Below, piece by piece: positions 7,890 to 18,017 of a DNA stretch of 64,000 nucleotides. The DNA comes from Bacteroidales bacterium. GTDB lineage: Bacteria; Bacteroidota; Bacteroidia; Bacteroidales; F082. The DNA lies in NCBI GenBank assembly GCA_017649945.1, contig JAGCFU010000080.1, positions 220 through 64,219 on the forward strand. The letters run 5' to 3'. Position 1 is the first letter of the stretch; every line of letters starts with the position of its first letter. Below the pieces are notes generated by a model. It searched no databases. It was not told where the DNA came from and saw nothing but the letters and a program-made list of their open reading frames with translations. The translations under genes and the position numbers were made by a program.

Positions 7890-8927
7890 ATGAAAACAAA
7901 TTTACTTAAAATGAGAAGAGTGTTGAGTGCCACTCTGTTAGTCCTGCTGCTGAATGTGGTGGGAATGACAAACGCATTCGCTCAAACACAAGTTGCCACT
8001 TTACAGCATAACGATACAATTAGCATGTATTACGGACAAAATGCTTTGGTCGAGGCTTATACGGCATCTGCAGATGGTGACGTAATAACCCTTTCAAGCG
8101 GAACTTTTACCACAACAGGAGACATTATGAAAAGCATTATTTTGCGTGGTGCAGGTTGTGTCGCTGATACGGCAACTAATACATTGCCAACAATAATTCC
8201 AGGAACAATTAAATTACAACATTGTTCACCAACAATAGAAGGAATAGTGTTTAGCGGAACTATTGTGTGTTATATATATGGCAATTCAAATATGAGTTAC
8301 AAGCCTACTTTTATAAAATGTAGTATTAATGAGATAAGACCGTTCGCATATGGGCAATGTAATCGTAGTTGCCAATGTACAGACTGCATTGTAAAAAACT
8401 TCGATTTTGCATATATGGTTGGAGCAGAATTTATTAATAGTGTCGTTTATTTTAGTAATTACGTACATGATGACATATATAATTTAACATCAGTCTATAA
8501 TTCTTTATTGGTTTTTCCTGATGGTAAAAATATCAAAAACTTAATTGCATATAACAGCATAATAGTCAGCAATAATCAAAATGTTGTTGATAACTGTACA
8601 TTCAACAATTGCATCGGCATAAAATTAGGCGACACATCAATATTTGAAGGTCAGGCCAACGCATCAAACATGGAAGTAAACAATTATTCAGATGTTTTTG
8701 AGACTTTTAACGGGACTGTGTCATTTGATGAAAATTACAACTTGAAAAATGATATTATAGACACTTTTCTGGGTAATGATGGCACCCAAGTCGGTATTTA
8801 TGGTGGTATGATGCCTTACAATCCTCGTCCTACTTATATGAAAATTAAACGCTGCAATGTGGCAAGCCGCTCAACAATCGATGGCAAGTTGAGTGTTGAT
8901 ATTGAAATCATAAACGAGGATAATTAA
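7890..8927 (+). CDS. Exported hypothetical protein with a signal peptide
   Basis: 345 aa with the N-terminus MKTNLLKMRRVLSATLLVLLLNVVGMTNAFAQ. It is Asn/Cys-rich with no recognisable catalytic motif and is the first gene of the cluster. Confidence 0.55.
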   Translation: MKTNLLKMRRVLSATLLVLLLNVVGMTNAFAQTQVATLQHNDTISMYYGQNALVEAYTASADGDVITLSSGTFTTTGDIMKSIILRGAGCVADTATNTLPTIIPGTIKLQHCSPTIEGIVFSGTIVCYIYGNSNMSYKPTFIKCSINEIRPFAYGQCNRSCQCTDCIVKNFDFAYMVGAEFINSVVYFSNYVHDDIYNLTSVYNSLLVFPDGKNIKNLIAYNSIIVSNNQNVVDNCTFNNCIGIKLGDTSIFEGQANASNMEVNNYSDVFETFNGTVSFDENYNLKNDIIDTFLGNDGTQVGIYGGMMPYNPRPTYMKIKRCNVASRSTIDGKLSVDIEIINEDN

Positions 8928-8945
8928 TCCTTAAAAACAAGTGTT

Positions 8946-11900
8946 ATGAAACGGATTTTATTGACATTGTGCAGTTTACTGCTGTGCCTTGTAATGAAAT
9001 CGCAGTCGCTTTATACTTGCCGTTATTGGTTTGATAATAATGAGCAGGTCTTTACTGCGGCTTACGATGACAACGCATGGCAAATTGATTTGGATGTCGG
9101 GGATATTTCTAATGGAATACACGTCTTCAATATTCAAGTCGCTGACACCTCATTAATATGGAGTGCGCCGCAAAGCTATATATTCATGAAAGTGCCTACT
9201 AATGAAGAAAGCACTTACAACACAAACAACATGGTTTTTCACAGTTGGTTTGACCAAAATTATGGCAACCGTCAGACAAATCCTTTGGGGAACGGACATT
9301 TTTTGATAAATGTCAGTGACATTGAAGACGGAATGCATACCATTAATGTGATGCTCGAAGGGAAGGCGCTGACATCAACACGGAGTTATATATTTATGAA
9401 AGTACCGACATACCAAAACGATACATTGAATATGAACAATTTAGTGTATCATTGTTGGTTCGACCAGGATTATGATGATCATCAGACTGACTCTTTAGGC
9501 AATGGACAATTTCTTTTGGATGTTAGCGATTTGCAGGATGGTATTCACACTGTAAACATTATGCTTGAAGGAGATGCAGTGACAACAACGCGTTCATATG
9601 TGTTTTTGAAAGTTCCGACCGAAAGCATCTCAAGTTCCGATATGCAGTACAAATTCTGGTTTGACAATGATTTATGCACATTGCAGACAGGAGTTTTGGG
9701 TACAGGCTGTTTTCAACTCGAAGTTGGGGAGCTGTCTAATGGAATTCATACTCTGAATATTTCAGTTGAGGGCAGCACTCCACAAAATTACATGTTTTAC
9801 AAGATGCCTTTAGGCGGATTTGGCGTTGCCAGATGGGACTATTGGATAAACAATGATTTGTTGCACACTCACACAACCAATATTGTGCCGTCGTTGGACA
9901 CATTAGACATTATATCTTTGCTACCCGTTGAAGCTCAACCTATAAGGACATCTTGTTTTCATTTCCATCCTGATGGTGAACATCCGTATATCAATGCGAA
10001 AAATGAGATTACATTCCGTTTTTGGGATGCCAACAACCATTATTTTGACATGTCGGCATTTTATATAGATGAAAATGTAACGGAAGACATTGTCGCTGAT
10101 GTTTTTGAACGTAATACAACACAAACAATAGATGTGCCAGACAAAAACGAAATCAAATGGTTCAAGTTTGATGTGGGTGTCGGCGATTATGTTGATGTCA
10201 AATCTGACAAAGCCTGTACTATGCAGATTTTCGCTCCTTCGGGAGAAGAAGTATACACTGCTTACGGACAGGAATCGATGACATTTAGTGGAATCAATGT
10301 TAACGAGAACGGCACATATTATTTGGCTGTGCATGATGTTACAGGAAGCGGTGACGAAGTGTCAATTACTTACAACTGGGTTTATCGTTATGCAATTTTG
10401 TCATACGATGTGCATATTGTCGGTAATGGCGGTTGCTCAACAATCACTTATCAGGGAAATGGCTTTAACAGTCTGTTGGATGTTTATTTTATTAGTGAAA
10501 ACAATGACACCATCCGCAGTTTGGATATCGGTCATGAAAGCAACACAACAACAACTGTTTCATGCAATTTCTATGAAGAGAATTTAGGAAGATATGATGC
10601 AGTTTTCGAGTTTTGGCAAGAAACAATAAGTATCAATGGAGCGTTGCAAGTTGATGAACCGATTGATATTCAATTAACTTCAACAGTTTCATATCCATCG
10701 GCATTTTTGAGGAATACGCCTTGCACATATACATATACCATTACTAACAATGGCAATATGTCGGCGTATGGAGTGCCGATATTCGTGTATATTTCAACAC
10801 CAACCGAAAAAGGCATCTCTCATTTAAATATTGATGGTCTAAATCTTTCGTCGGTTATTGATGGAATTAGTATGGACTCTATGTCGGAATCAGATAGGAT
10901 GATTCTTCAAGAATGGGCAGAGGAAATCGGAGAAGATCATTATTTTTTTAAATTTCATTCAATTGATAATGAAACAGGTGATTCATTATATGTTAGAAGT
11001 AACTATTTCTTTTTGAATATTGCTTCATTTGAAACAAAAACACTGACTTTTAGAATTACATCTAGTGAACCTGTTAGTGTATGGCTAACGGTACCAGAAG
11101 ATATAGTAGCACCATTAACATTTATTCCAAATCGTGGATTTATTGATCAATACTGTTGTGTTAAGGATAAAATTACATGTTATTTGGATCTTCTTTGCAA
11201 TGTTATTACTTTAACAAATTCAATTACAAGTTTTGCTCCTGGAACGCCTCTTGCAACGGTAATGTCCATTGCTGACTGTGTTTGTGGTTTTGTAAGTTCA
11301 TATAACACGGCATTAAGTGAAGATCTATGTGGAGGAGAATCACCTTCTGGTTTCTGGAGTACTTTTTGGCAATCACTTTCTAAATTAGTTGATATGAATT
11401 CTATGATTAATTCAATAGCTAATTGTTTTGCATCATTTTTACCAGGAGGGGGGAGTGCAAAAGCGATCAAAGAACTAAGTGAAAGTATTGCAAAAGCATT
11501 TTTCGGTGTTTCTGCAGCCAATTCAATAATGAATTGTTATCATGCATTTGACGACCCCAAACCAAATTGCCCCCCAGGAGACCCCAAGGGTGGCAAAACT
11601 CCAGCTGTTAACTCTCTTGACCCTAATGATATTTATGGTTATCAATCTGAATCAGGCAGTCGTTATATGAGACAAGAAATTCAAAATATCCATTACGAAA
11701 TCGAGTTTGAAAATGACACTACTTTTGCTACCGCTGCAGCGCATACAATCATAGTGCGCGATACTTTGGATGCAACGAAGTTTGACCTTAATTCCTTGTC
11801 GGCTCATAGCGTAACAATAGGGGATAAACATTTGGACCTCAATGGTGAACAGACTTTTGCCAAGACTTTGGATATGCGTCCTGAGCTTTATGTCATTGCA

Positions 11901-13583
11901 CAAGTTGAGCAGGATTATGACCCGGCAACTGGTATCATCCAATGGACAATATCGTCGTTAGACCCAATGACAATGGAACCTACTGATAATCCATATCAGG
12001 GAGTGTTACCAGTCAATTATTACGGCGACGGCGTTGGCTTCATCGACTATAGCGTCAATCTCAAACAAATGTTTGCCGATGGCACCGAAATAAGCAATCG
12101 GGCAGGCATCATTTTCGACAATGAAGATATGATAATGACCCCAACTTGGACCAATATCGTGGATGCTGTAAAACCAACATCTCATATTGCCGATGTAACT
12201 CAAGTAGCTGATACTCTTAACTTTATCTTTACATCAGAAGATAATCGTTCTGGCATTTGGTACCATACCTTATATTATAGAAACGAATCAACTGAAATGG
12301 AATGGAAAGTGAAGAAAAGCCAGATTCTGGAGAATAACTACAAGATGAATCTTGAGGATTTGCAGATGACGGAATATTTCGTTTTGGCAACCGACTCGGC
12401 AGGCAACAAGGAAGACAAGGATTTTCTGGCTGAATATATTTATAGTCAGGATAATGTTACTCTTCAGAATAACATATTGGATCAAGGCTGGAACTGGTGG
12501 TCAACATACGTTGAGCAAAGCACTATGGACGGCCTCACAACAGTCGAGAACGCATTGGGCAACAACGGTTTGACAATCAAGTCGCAAAATGAGTTCACCA
12601 CAAACTATTACGAGAACATGGGTTACGACTACTGGTATGGCGGTCTCGAAATGATCGACAATGAGCATGGTTATATGATAAACACCAATACCGCTTGCAA
12701 TGTGAGGATGCTAGGAACGCCTGCACAACCTGAAGACCATCCGATTGCCATTGGAGCAAATTGGAACTGGATTGGATACCCGGTCGGTCAGCAGCAGTTG
12801 CTTGCCACGTCAATATCCGACACATTCCAACCTGAAAGCGAAGATGTGATGAAGAGTCAATCAGGTTTCGCCACATATTATCCGGGCTACGGCTGGTATC
12901 CTGATGATTTCGTTATGACACCTGGTGAAGGCTATCTTTACAAGTCAAACTCAACTGCAAACAAGACGTTGACGTATGTTTTGAGCAGGAAGCATTCATC
13001 TGCCTCAAAACAGGAAGAAATTCATCAGTGGAAACCTGAAATTCACAAATATGCCGACAACATCAGCGTGATAGCAGTTTTGGATATGAACGGCTACGAA
13101 ATCCGTGAAAACATTGAAGTTGGAGCATTTGTGAACGGTGAATGCCGCGGAAGCGCTATTTTGAGATATTTCGAACCAACCGACCGTTACTACGCCATGT
13201 TGAGTATAGCAGGCGAGGATGATGATGTCGTAAGCTTTGAAATTCAAGGCTCGAATAGTGAAACGCACATTACATTCCATAAAAACGATGTAATCGGTAG
13301 TCTTGACGCTCCTTTACCAATAGAATTCGGTTTTCTTGGTAACGACGTCTCAGATTTGACATTGTATCCGAATCCTGTTGAGCGTGATGCGAATTTCTCA
13401 ATAGATATTCCTACATGGGAAAAAGTTTCGGAGGTTACAATAACCAACGTATTAGGCTTGGTTATCCGTAAAGAATCGACCAACGAAATCAATATGAATG
13501 GAATTCACGAACCAGGCATTTATATTGTAAAAATAACATGCAAGACAGGAAATGTTTATCAAAATGTGTTGATAGTCAAATAG
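8946..13583 (+). CDS. Giant T9SS-secreted surface protein (1545 aa)
   Basis: Has a signal peptide, four N-terminal tandem modules and a DPNDIYG...YEIEFEND region. The C-terminal sorting domain LYPNPVERDANFSI...GIYIVKITCKTGNVYQNVLIVK is TIGR04183-like. Confidence 0.8.
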   Translation: MKRILLTLCSLLLCLVMKSQSLYTCRYWFDNNEQVFTAAYDDNAWQIDLDVGDISNGIHVFNIQVADTSLIWSAPQSYIFMKVPTNEESTYNTNNMVFHSWFDQNYGNRQTNPLGNGHFLINVSDIEDGMHTINVMLEGKALTSTRSYIFMKVPTYQNDTLNMNNLVYHCWFDQDYDDHQTDSLGNGQFLLDVSDLQDGIHTVNIMLEGDAVTTTRSYVFLKVPTESISSSDMQYKFWFDNDLCTLQTGVLGTGCFQLEVGELSNGIHTLNISVEGSTPQNYMFYKMPLGGFGVARWDYWINNDLLHTHTTNIVPSLDTLDIISLLPVEAQPIRTSCFHFHPDGEHPYINAKNEITFRFWDANNHYFDMSAFYIDENVTEDIVADVFERNTTQTIDVPDKNEIKWFKFDVGVGDYVDVKSDKACTMQIFAPSGEEVYTAYGQESMTFSGINVNENGTYYLAVHDVTGSGDEVSITYNWVYRYAILSYDVHIVGNGGCSTITYQGNGFNSLLDVYFISENNDTIRSLDIGHESNTTTTVSCNFYEENLGRYDAVFEFWQETISINGALQVDEPIDIQLTSTVSYPSAFLRNTPCTYTYTITNNGNMSAYGVPIFVYISTPTEKGISHLNIDGLNLSSVIDGISMDSMSESDRMILQEWAEEIGEDHYFFKFHSIDNETGDSLYVRSNYFFLNIASFETKTLTFRITSSEPVSVWLTVPEDIVAPLTFIPNRGFIDQYCCVKDKITCYLDLLCNVITLTNSITSFAPGTPLATVMSIADCVCGFVSSYNTALSEDLCGGESPSGFWSTFWQSLSKLVDMNSMINSIANCFASFLPGGGSAKAIKELSESIAKAFFGVSAANSIMNCYHAFDDPKPNCPPGDPKGGKTPAVNSLDPNDIYGYQSESGSRYMRQEIQNIHYEIEFENDTTFATAAAHTIIVRDTLDATKFDLNSLSAHSVTIGDKHLDLNGEQTFAKTLDMRPELYVIAQVEQDYDPATGIIQWTISSLDPMTMEPTDNPYQGVLPVNYYGDGVGFIDYSVNLKQMFADGTEISNRAGIIFDNEDMIMTPTWTNIVDAVKPTSHIADVTQVADTLNFIFTSEDNRSGIWYHTLYYRNESTEMEWKVKKSQILENNYKMNLEDLQMTEYFVLATDSAGNKEDKDFLAEYIYSQDNVTLQNNILDQGWNWWSTYVEQSTMDGLTTVENALGNNGLTIKSQNEFTTNYYENMGYDYWYGGLEMIDNEHGYMINTNTACNVRMLGTPAQPEDHPIAIGANWNWIGYPVGQQQLLATSISDTFQPESEDVMKSQSGFATYYPGYGWYPDDFVMTPGEGYLYKSNSTANKTLTYVLSRKHSSASKQEEIHQWKPEIHKYADNISVIAVLDMNGYEIRENIEVGAFVNGECRGSAILRYFEPTDRYYAMLSIAGEDDDVVSFEIQGSNSETHITFHKNDVIGSLDAPLPIEFGFLGNDVSDLTLYPNPVERDANFSIDIPTWEKVSEVTITNVLGLVIRKESTNEINMNGIHEPGIYIVKITCKTGNVYQNVLIVK
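9012..9809 (+). repeat. Four tandem coding repeats of roughly 55-63 aa
   Basis: The repeated pattern is [YF]xxWFDxxxxxxQTxxLGxGxFxxxVxxxxxGxHTxNxxxEG...Y[IVM]FxK[VM]P at about aa 23-85, 96-155, 166-225 and 234-288. Confidence 0.7.
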
Positions 13584-13590
13584 TTTTAGT

Positions 13591-15420
13591 ATGAAAAAGA
13601 TAATGTTTTTAATAGTTGTTGTTTTGGGCTGGTTTTTGGCGCCAGCCCAGACACACTGGACTCCGGTTACCGGATATGAATCCACGATGAGCGTAACAGG
13701 CGTCATTATTATTGACGGTGTTGAGCAGACATCCACTCAGCTTGAGATTGGAGCTTTTTGCGGTGATGAATGCCGTGGCGCGAAAAAGGCGGGTTTCTTT
13801 CCACCGACAAGTCAATACACCGTGCCGATTTCTATTGCCGGTTTATCAGGTGATCTGATAACATTCCGTGTTTATGACCATTCGCAAGGGCAGGAGCTTG
13901 ATTTGGAGAGCGAGAGCTCGCTTACATTTGAGATAAACGCTGTGATTGGCACGTTCGGCAACTGGTATCAGTTTGTGTTCACCACTTCACAGCCTGCAAG
14001 TTGGAGTAATCCCGAAACATGGGGCGGCTCTGTTCCTGATGAAGGCTCGAGTGTAACGCTTCCAAACAATGTCATCATCGACAACAACGCTTCAGTCACG
14101 GTGGCTGAAATGACGATTCCTACTGAGTATACGCTTACCATCGAATCAGGTTCAACACTCATCGTCAATGGCGACTTAATCTGCAACGACGAAACCGGAC
14201 TCGTCATAGAAGACGGCGCTCAGGTTATCAACGCCTCGCCCAATGTGAAGGCAACGGTTGAAAAAGACATCAACGCCTTCACCGCCAAGGACACCGACGG
14301 CTGGTATCTGATTTCTTCTTCAGTAAACGAAATGGCTATAGCCGGCAGTGATTTCATTACGGAATCATACGATTTGTACAGGTATAAAGAGAACGGAAAC
14401 GGCAGCGTTTGGGAAAACTATCGTGCCGGTCATGCCGACTTTACCGCTTTTGAAAACGCAAGAGGGTATCTGTATGCCAACAGCAACTCGTTTACACCTG
14501 TGTTTACTGGCGATTTGAATTACGATGACATTGCTCGACCGATAACATGCACAGGCAGTAATGCAATCAGCGGATTCAACGTAATAGGCAACCCGTTCCC
14601 ACACAATATTTACAAAGGTGCAGGCGGCGCTATCGACGACGCAAGTCTCGCAGCCGGTTATTACACCTTGTCATTTAAAGGCGAATGGGAGGCTCATACC
14701 TACGAAGAGGCAATCCTTCCTGAACAAGGCATAATGGTGAAGACCACTACATCTAAAGACCTCATAATCGTCAAGACAACCGATGCCGCAACTTCAGAAA
14801 CAACTGCGAAGAATGAGATAGCACGTTTGAAATTCATGGTGTCGGGCGAAAAAGGCGAAGACCGCGCTTACGTTTATTTTGGCGAAGGCATAGGACTTGA
14901 TAAAATCGACCATCTCAGCGATGTCGCTCCGATGATTTACATTGCCAATGATGGCGGCGATTATGCTATAACGATGATAGATGAGGAAACAGAACGTTTC
15001 AACCTTAACTTCAAGGCTAAAAATATTGGTTGGTATACATTGAATGTCAACGCTGACGGCGATTTCAGTTATCTTTATCTCTTCGATAGATTAACAGGCG
15101 AAGAAGTGGATTTGCTTCTTGAAAACAGCTATACATTCATTGGCGCACCAGGCGATTCTGAGAATCGTTTTTTTGTTAAAGTTAAAGATTTCACCGATGT
15201 GGATGAAAATTATGCAAACATGACATTTGCATACGTTTCAAACGGCGAGATAATTGTCAATGGTAACGGTACGTTGCAGATGTTCGACATCACGGGAAAA
15301 AACGTGATGAATGTTAACGTGAACGGTGTAGAGACGGTTCGCAAACCGTCTCCCGGATTATACATCGTTAGAATTGTCAATGAAACCAATGTTAAAACCC
15401 AGAAAATCGTTGTGAGATGA
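13591..15420 (+). CDS. T9SS-secreted protein (609 aa)
   Basis: Has a signal peptide and a C-terminal sorting domain (...MFDITGKNV...PGLYIVRIVNETNVKTQKIVVR). Its N-terminal module (EIGAFCGDECRG) is shared with the C-terminal part of the 1545-aa protein (EVGAFVNGECRG). Confidence 0.75.
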   Translation: MKKIMFLIVVVLGWFLAPAQTHWTPVTGYESTMSVTGVIIIDGVEQTSTQLEIGAFCGDECRGAKKAGFFPPTSQYTVPISIAGLSGDLITFRVYDHSQGQELDLESESSLTFEINAVIGTFGNWYQFVFTTSQPASWSNPETWGGSVPDEGSSVTLPNNVIIDNNASVTVAEMTIPTEYTLTIESGSTLIVNGDLICNDETGLVIEDGAQVINASPNVKATVEKDINAFTAKDTDGWYLISSSVNEMAIAGSDFITESYDLYRYKENGNGSVWENYRAGHADFTAFENARGYLYANSNSFTPVFTGDLNYDDIARPITCTGSNAISGFNVIGNPFPHNIYKGAGGAIDDASLAAGYYTLSFKGEWEAHTYEEAILPEQGIMVKTTTSKDLIIVKTTDAATSETTAKNEIARLKFMVSGEKGEDRAYVYFGEGIGLDKIDHLSDVAPMIYIANDGGDYAITMIDEETERFNLNFKAKNIGWYTLNVNADGDFSYLYLFDRLTGEEVDLLLENSYTFIGAPGDSENRFFVKVKDFTDVDENYANMTFAYVSNGEIIVNGNGTLQMFDITGKNVMNVNVNGVETVRKPSPGLYIVRIVNETNVKTQKIVVR

Positions 15421-15716
15421 AAAAGGCAATCGTAACATTATCAATAGTTTTGGCGTTAGGTTTGTGTGCCAATGCACAATTTAATCATAATCGTAGCGAC
15501 GGTTTTTTCAACACGTGGGACGATGTCAGCAACGGTCTTGACAAACCTAGTGATGTGTTGCCGGTGATTCCTGGCGGTCACGGTGGTGGCGACGATGTCA
15601 ACGTTCCTGTCGGCAGCGGTTTGCTTATTCTAACCGCACTCGGAGCCGTATATGCTTTTATTCTATCCCTCTCAAATCCTTATACAACTCCACCGCATAA
15701 AGGTCAGTCATGTTAG
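15417..15716 (+). CDS. Small exported protein whose C-terminal anchor tail appears replaced
   Basis: Signal peptide MKKAIVTLSIVLALGLCANAQ, then ...HGGGDDVNVPVGSGLLILTALGAVYA. After that the reading frame runs antisense into the dgt 3' end. The intact paralog tail is at 1..63. Confidence 0.5.
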   Translation: MKKAIVTLSIVLALGLCANAQFNHNRSDGFFNTWDDVSNGLDKPSDVLPVIPGGHGGGDDVNVPVGSGLLILTALGAVYAFILSLSNPYTTPPHKGQSC

Positions 15717-16980
15717 AGATGTAATCAAGGACGACTTGTATCTTAGAATACAGGTCGTCTTTTTCTGTCTTGAACTGGTCGGGGATGATCGACATCAAAC
15801 GCTTGTGATAACCGCTGTCAGGATGCAGAATGGCGTCCATAAACTCGTTCATCAGGCTGCCTATGATGTTGTATCCGGTGACTTCAATCTTTACTACAGA
15901 TGGATGCTTGTAAATGTTTGGTACTGAGAAACTTCTGCATTCTTCAAGGGCGTCTTTTTCAAGCTCCGGCAGATGCGAAATCAAGCTGTTTTTGAACGTT
16001 CCGGACATGATGTCGTCGTAGTTCTCGATGAACACCTTCGACACACAGTCGACGAGCTTGTTGATGACCGTGGCACGCAGAAACGCCATCCTCTCGTTTG
16101 CGTCGGTGACGGTCTTGAAGATGTGCTCGCGACGCTCGAAAAACCACCGTTCCTCTGGCCTGTCTTCTCTGAAAAACGCCGTGAAATGCTTGTCGATGTC
16201 GGCAGTCTGTATGATGCCTCGTTTGTGGGCGTCTTCCATGTCAAGAATGAGATAGCAGATGTCGTCGGCAGCCTCCATCATATACGAAAGCGGATGACGT
16301 GCGTAGATAGGCTTTTCGCTGTCGATACGCGGTATTCCGCAGCCTTCCATGACCTTCTCAAACTGCTCGATTTCTGAGTTGAAGACGTTGTATTTTTTAC
16401 GGTCGCCCTTGCCGAACGAAGGGTAGGGGTATTTTATCAGCGTGGCTAACGAAGCGTATGTCAGCGACAAACCGCCTTCACGACGTCCTGCAAACTGATG
16501 CGTCAGCTGACGGAAAGCATTGGCGTTGCCCTCGAATGAAATCAGGTCACTCCATTGATTCTCAGGGATTTGACTCTGTAACGCCTTGCCTTCGCCGAAC
16601 TTGAAATAGCTGCTCATGGTCTCCTCGCCGGAATGTCCGAAAGGAGGGTTGCCGAGGTCGTGGGCGAGGCATGCCGTAGAGACGATGGTGTCGATGTCGT
16701 AGATGACATCATGGAAATCGGGACCGTACTTATCGATGAGGAACTTCGACACTTTACGCGCTATCGAACGTCCGACGCTGGCCACCTCGAGGCTGTGCGT
16801 CATACGGTTATGCACGAGCTTGGATCCAGGCAACGCAAACACCTGCGTCTTGTTCTGCAGACGGTGAAAAATATTCGAGAAGATGATTCTGTCATAGTCT
16901 CTCTGAAACTCGTTTCTGATGTCGGCGACACTTTGCGCCCGAGCCTCACGCTTTGCTGATAATAACGATTCCCAATTCAT
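15658..16980 (-). CDS. dgt: dGTP triphosphohydrolase-like HD-domain protein
   Basis: 440 aa with RMTHSLEVASVGRS and HDLGNPPFGH HD motifs. Confidence 0.85.
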   Translation of the reverse strand: MNWESLLSAKREARAQSVADIRNEFQRDYDRIIFSNIFHRLQNKTQVFALPGSKLVHNRMTHSLEVASVGRSIARKVSKFLIDKYGPDFHDVIYDIDTIVSTACLAHDLGNPPFGHSGEETMSSYFKFGEGKALQSQIPENQWSDLISFEGNANAFRQLTHQFAGRREGGLSLTYASLATLIKYPYPSFGKGDRKKYNVFNSEIEQFEKVMEGCGIPRIDSEKPIYARHPLSYMMEAADDICYLILDMEDAHKRGIIQTADIDKHFTAFFREDRPEERWFFERREHIFKTVTDANERMAFLRATVINKLVDCVSKVFIENYDDIMSGTFKNSLISHLPELEKDALEECRSFSVPNIYKHPSVVKIEVTGYNIIGSLMNEFMDAILHPDSGYHKRLMSIIPDQFKTEKDDLYSKIQVVLDYISNMTDLYAVELYKDLRGIE

Positions 16981-16982
16981 AG

Positions 16983-18005
16983 TTATTTATTGACGGTTCT
17001 TGCGTACGGTGTCATGTCCTGACTTCCAAATTCACCTCTCTGATACTTCAGATATCCCGCCACGCCGATCATCGCGGCATTGTCGGTGCTGAACTTGAAC
17101 TTCGGGATGAACACGTCCCAATGATATTTCTTTCCGGCGGCACGCATAGCATCCTGGAGCCCGGTGTTTGCCGACACTCCGCCCGCTATCGCCACCTGTT
17201 TGATGCCTGTGTCCTTCGCCGCCTTGATGAGTTTCTTCATCAAAGTGTCGATGATGTCTTTCTGGATGGAAGCGCACAAATCGGCCTTGTTTTCCTCGAT
17301 GAAATTCTCGTTTTCCTTCAATTTGTCTCTCAAAAAATACAGGAAACTGGTCTTCAATCCGCTGAAGCTGTAGTCGTAGCCTGGGATGTGCGGCTTGCTG
17401 AACTGGAACGCGTCGGGGTTGCCTTCCTTGGCCAGTTTGTTGATGATAGGGCCTCCGGGATAGCCTAATCCCATGATTTTCGCTGTCTTGTCGAAAGCTT
17501 CTCCTGCCGCGTCGTCGATGGTCTTACCCAAAATCTCAAGGTCGAAATAGTCGTTTACCTTCATGATCTGAGTGTGGCCGCCCGACACCGTGAGACAGAG
17601 GAATGGAAACTGCGGAACCGGCGTAGGATCGTCGGGCTCCTGGGCGAAAAGTGCCAGAACATGACCGTTCGTATGATTAATTTCAATCATCGGGATATTC
17701 ATCGCAAGAGCGAAAGCCTTTGAAAATGAAGTACCTACGAGCAAAGAACCTAATAATCCCGGTCCACGTGTAAAAGAAATTGCGCTTATTTGATTTTTTT
17801 GTATATTTGCTTGCTTAATTGCGGCGTCAACAACAGGTATGATATTCTGCTGGTGCGCACGCGATGCGAGCTCTGGGATGACACCCCCGTACTGGCGGTG
17901 AACCTCTTGATTAGCAATGACATTCGATAAGACTGTCGTGCCTCTGAGGACTGCCGCGGACGTGTCGTCACACGATGATTCGATGGCTAAAATGTATTCG
18001 TTCAT
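16983..18005 (-). CDS. tsaD: tRNA N6-adenosine threonylcarbamoyltransferase
   Basis: 340 aa with ILAIESSCDDTSAAV and the Kae1/Gcp fold motifs HxxGH (HTNGHV) and GGVSAN. Confidence 0.9.
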   Translation of the reverse strand: MNEYILAIESSCDDTSAAVLRGTTVLSNVIANQEVHRQYGGVIPELASRAHQQNIIPVVDAAIKQANIQKNQISAISFTRGPGLLGSLLVGTSFSKAFALAMNIPMIEINHTNGHVLALFAQEPDDPTPVPQFPFLCLTVSGGHTQIMKVNDYFDLEILGKTIDDAAGEAFDKTAKIMGLGYPGGPIINKLAKEGNPDAFQFSKPHIPGYDYSFSGLKTSFLYFLRDKLKENENFIEENKADLCASIQKDIIDTLMKKLIKAAKDTGIKQVAIAGGVSANTGLQDAMRAAGKKYHWDVFIPKFKFSTDNAAMIGVAGYLKYQRGEFGSQDMTPYARTVNK

Positions 18006-18017
18006 ATCTTAAAAAGA

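Noticed and set aside
9012-9809. Tandem DNA repeats considered as a possible CRISPR or VNTR array
   Set aside because: The units are ~180-210 nt, diverged and in frame within a long ORF, so they are protein-domain repeats. No short direct repeats with spacers occur anywhere in the window.
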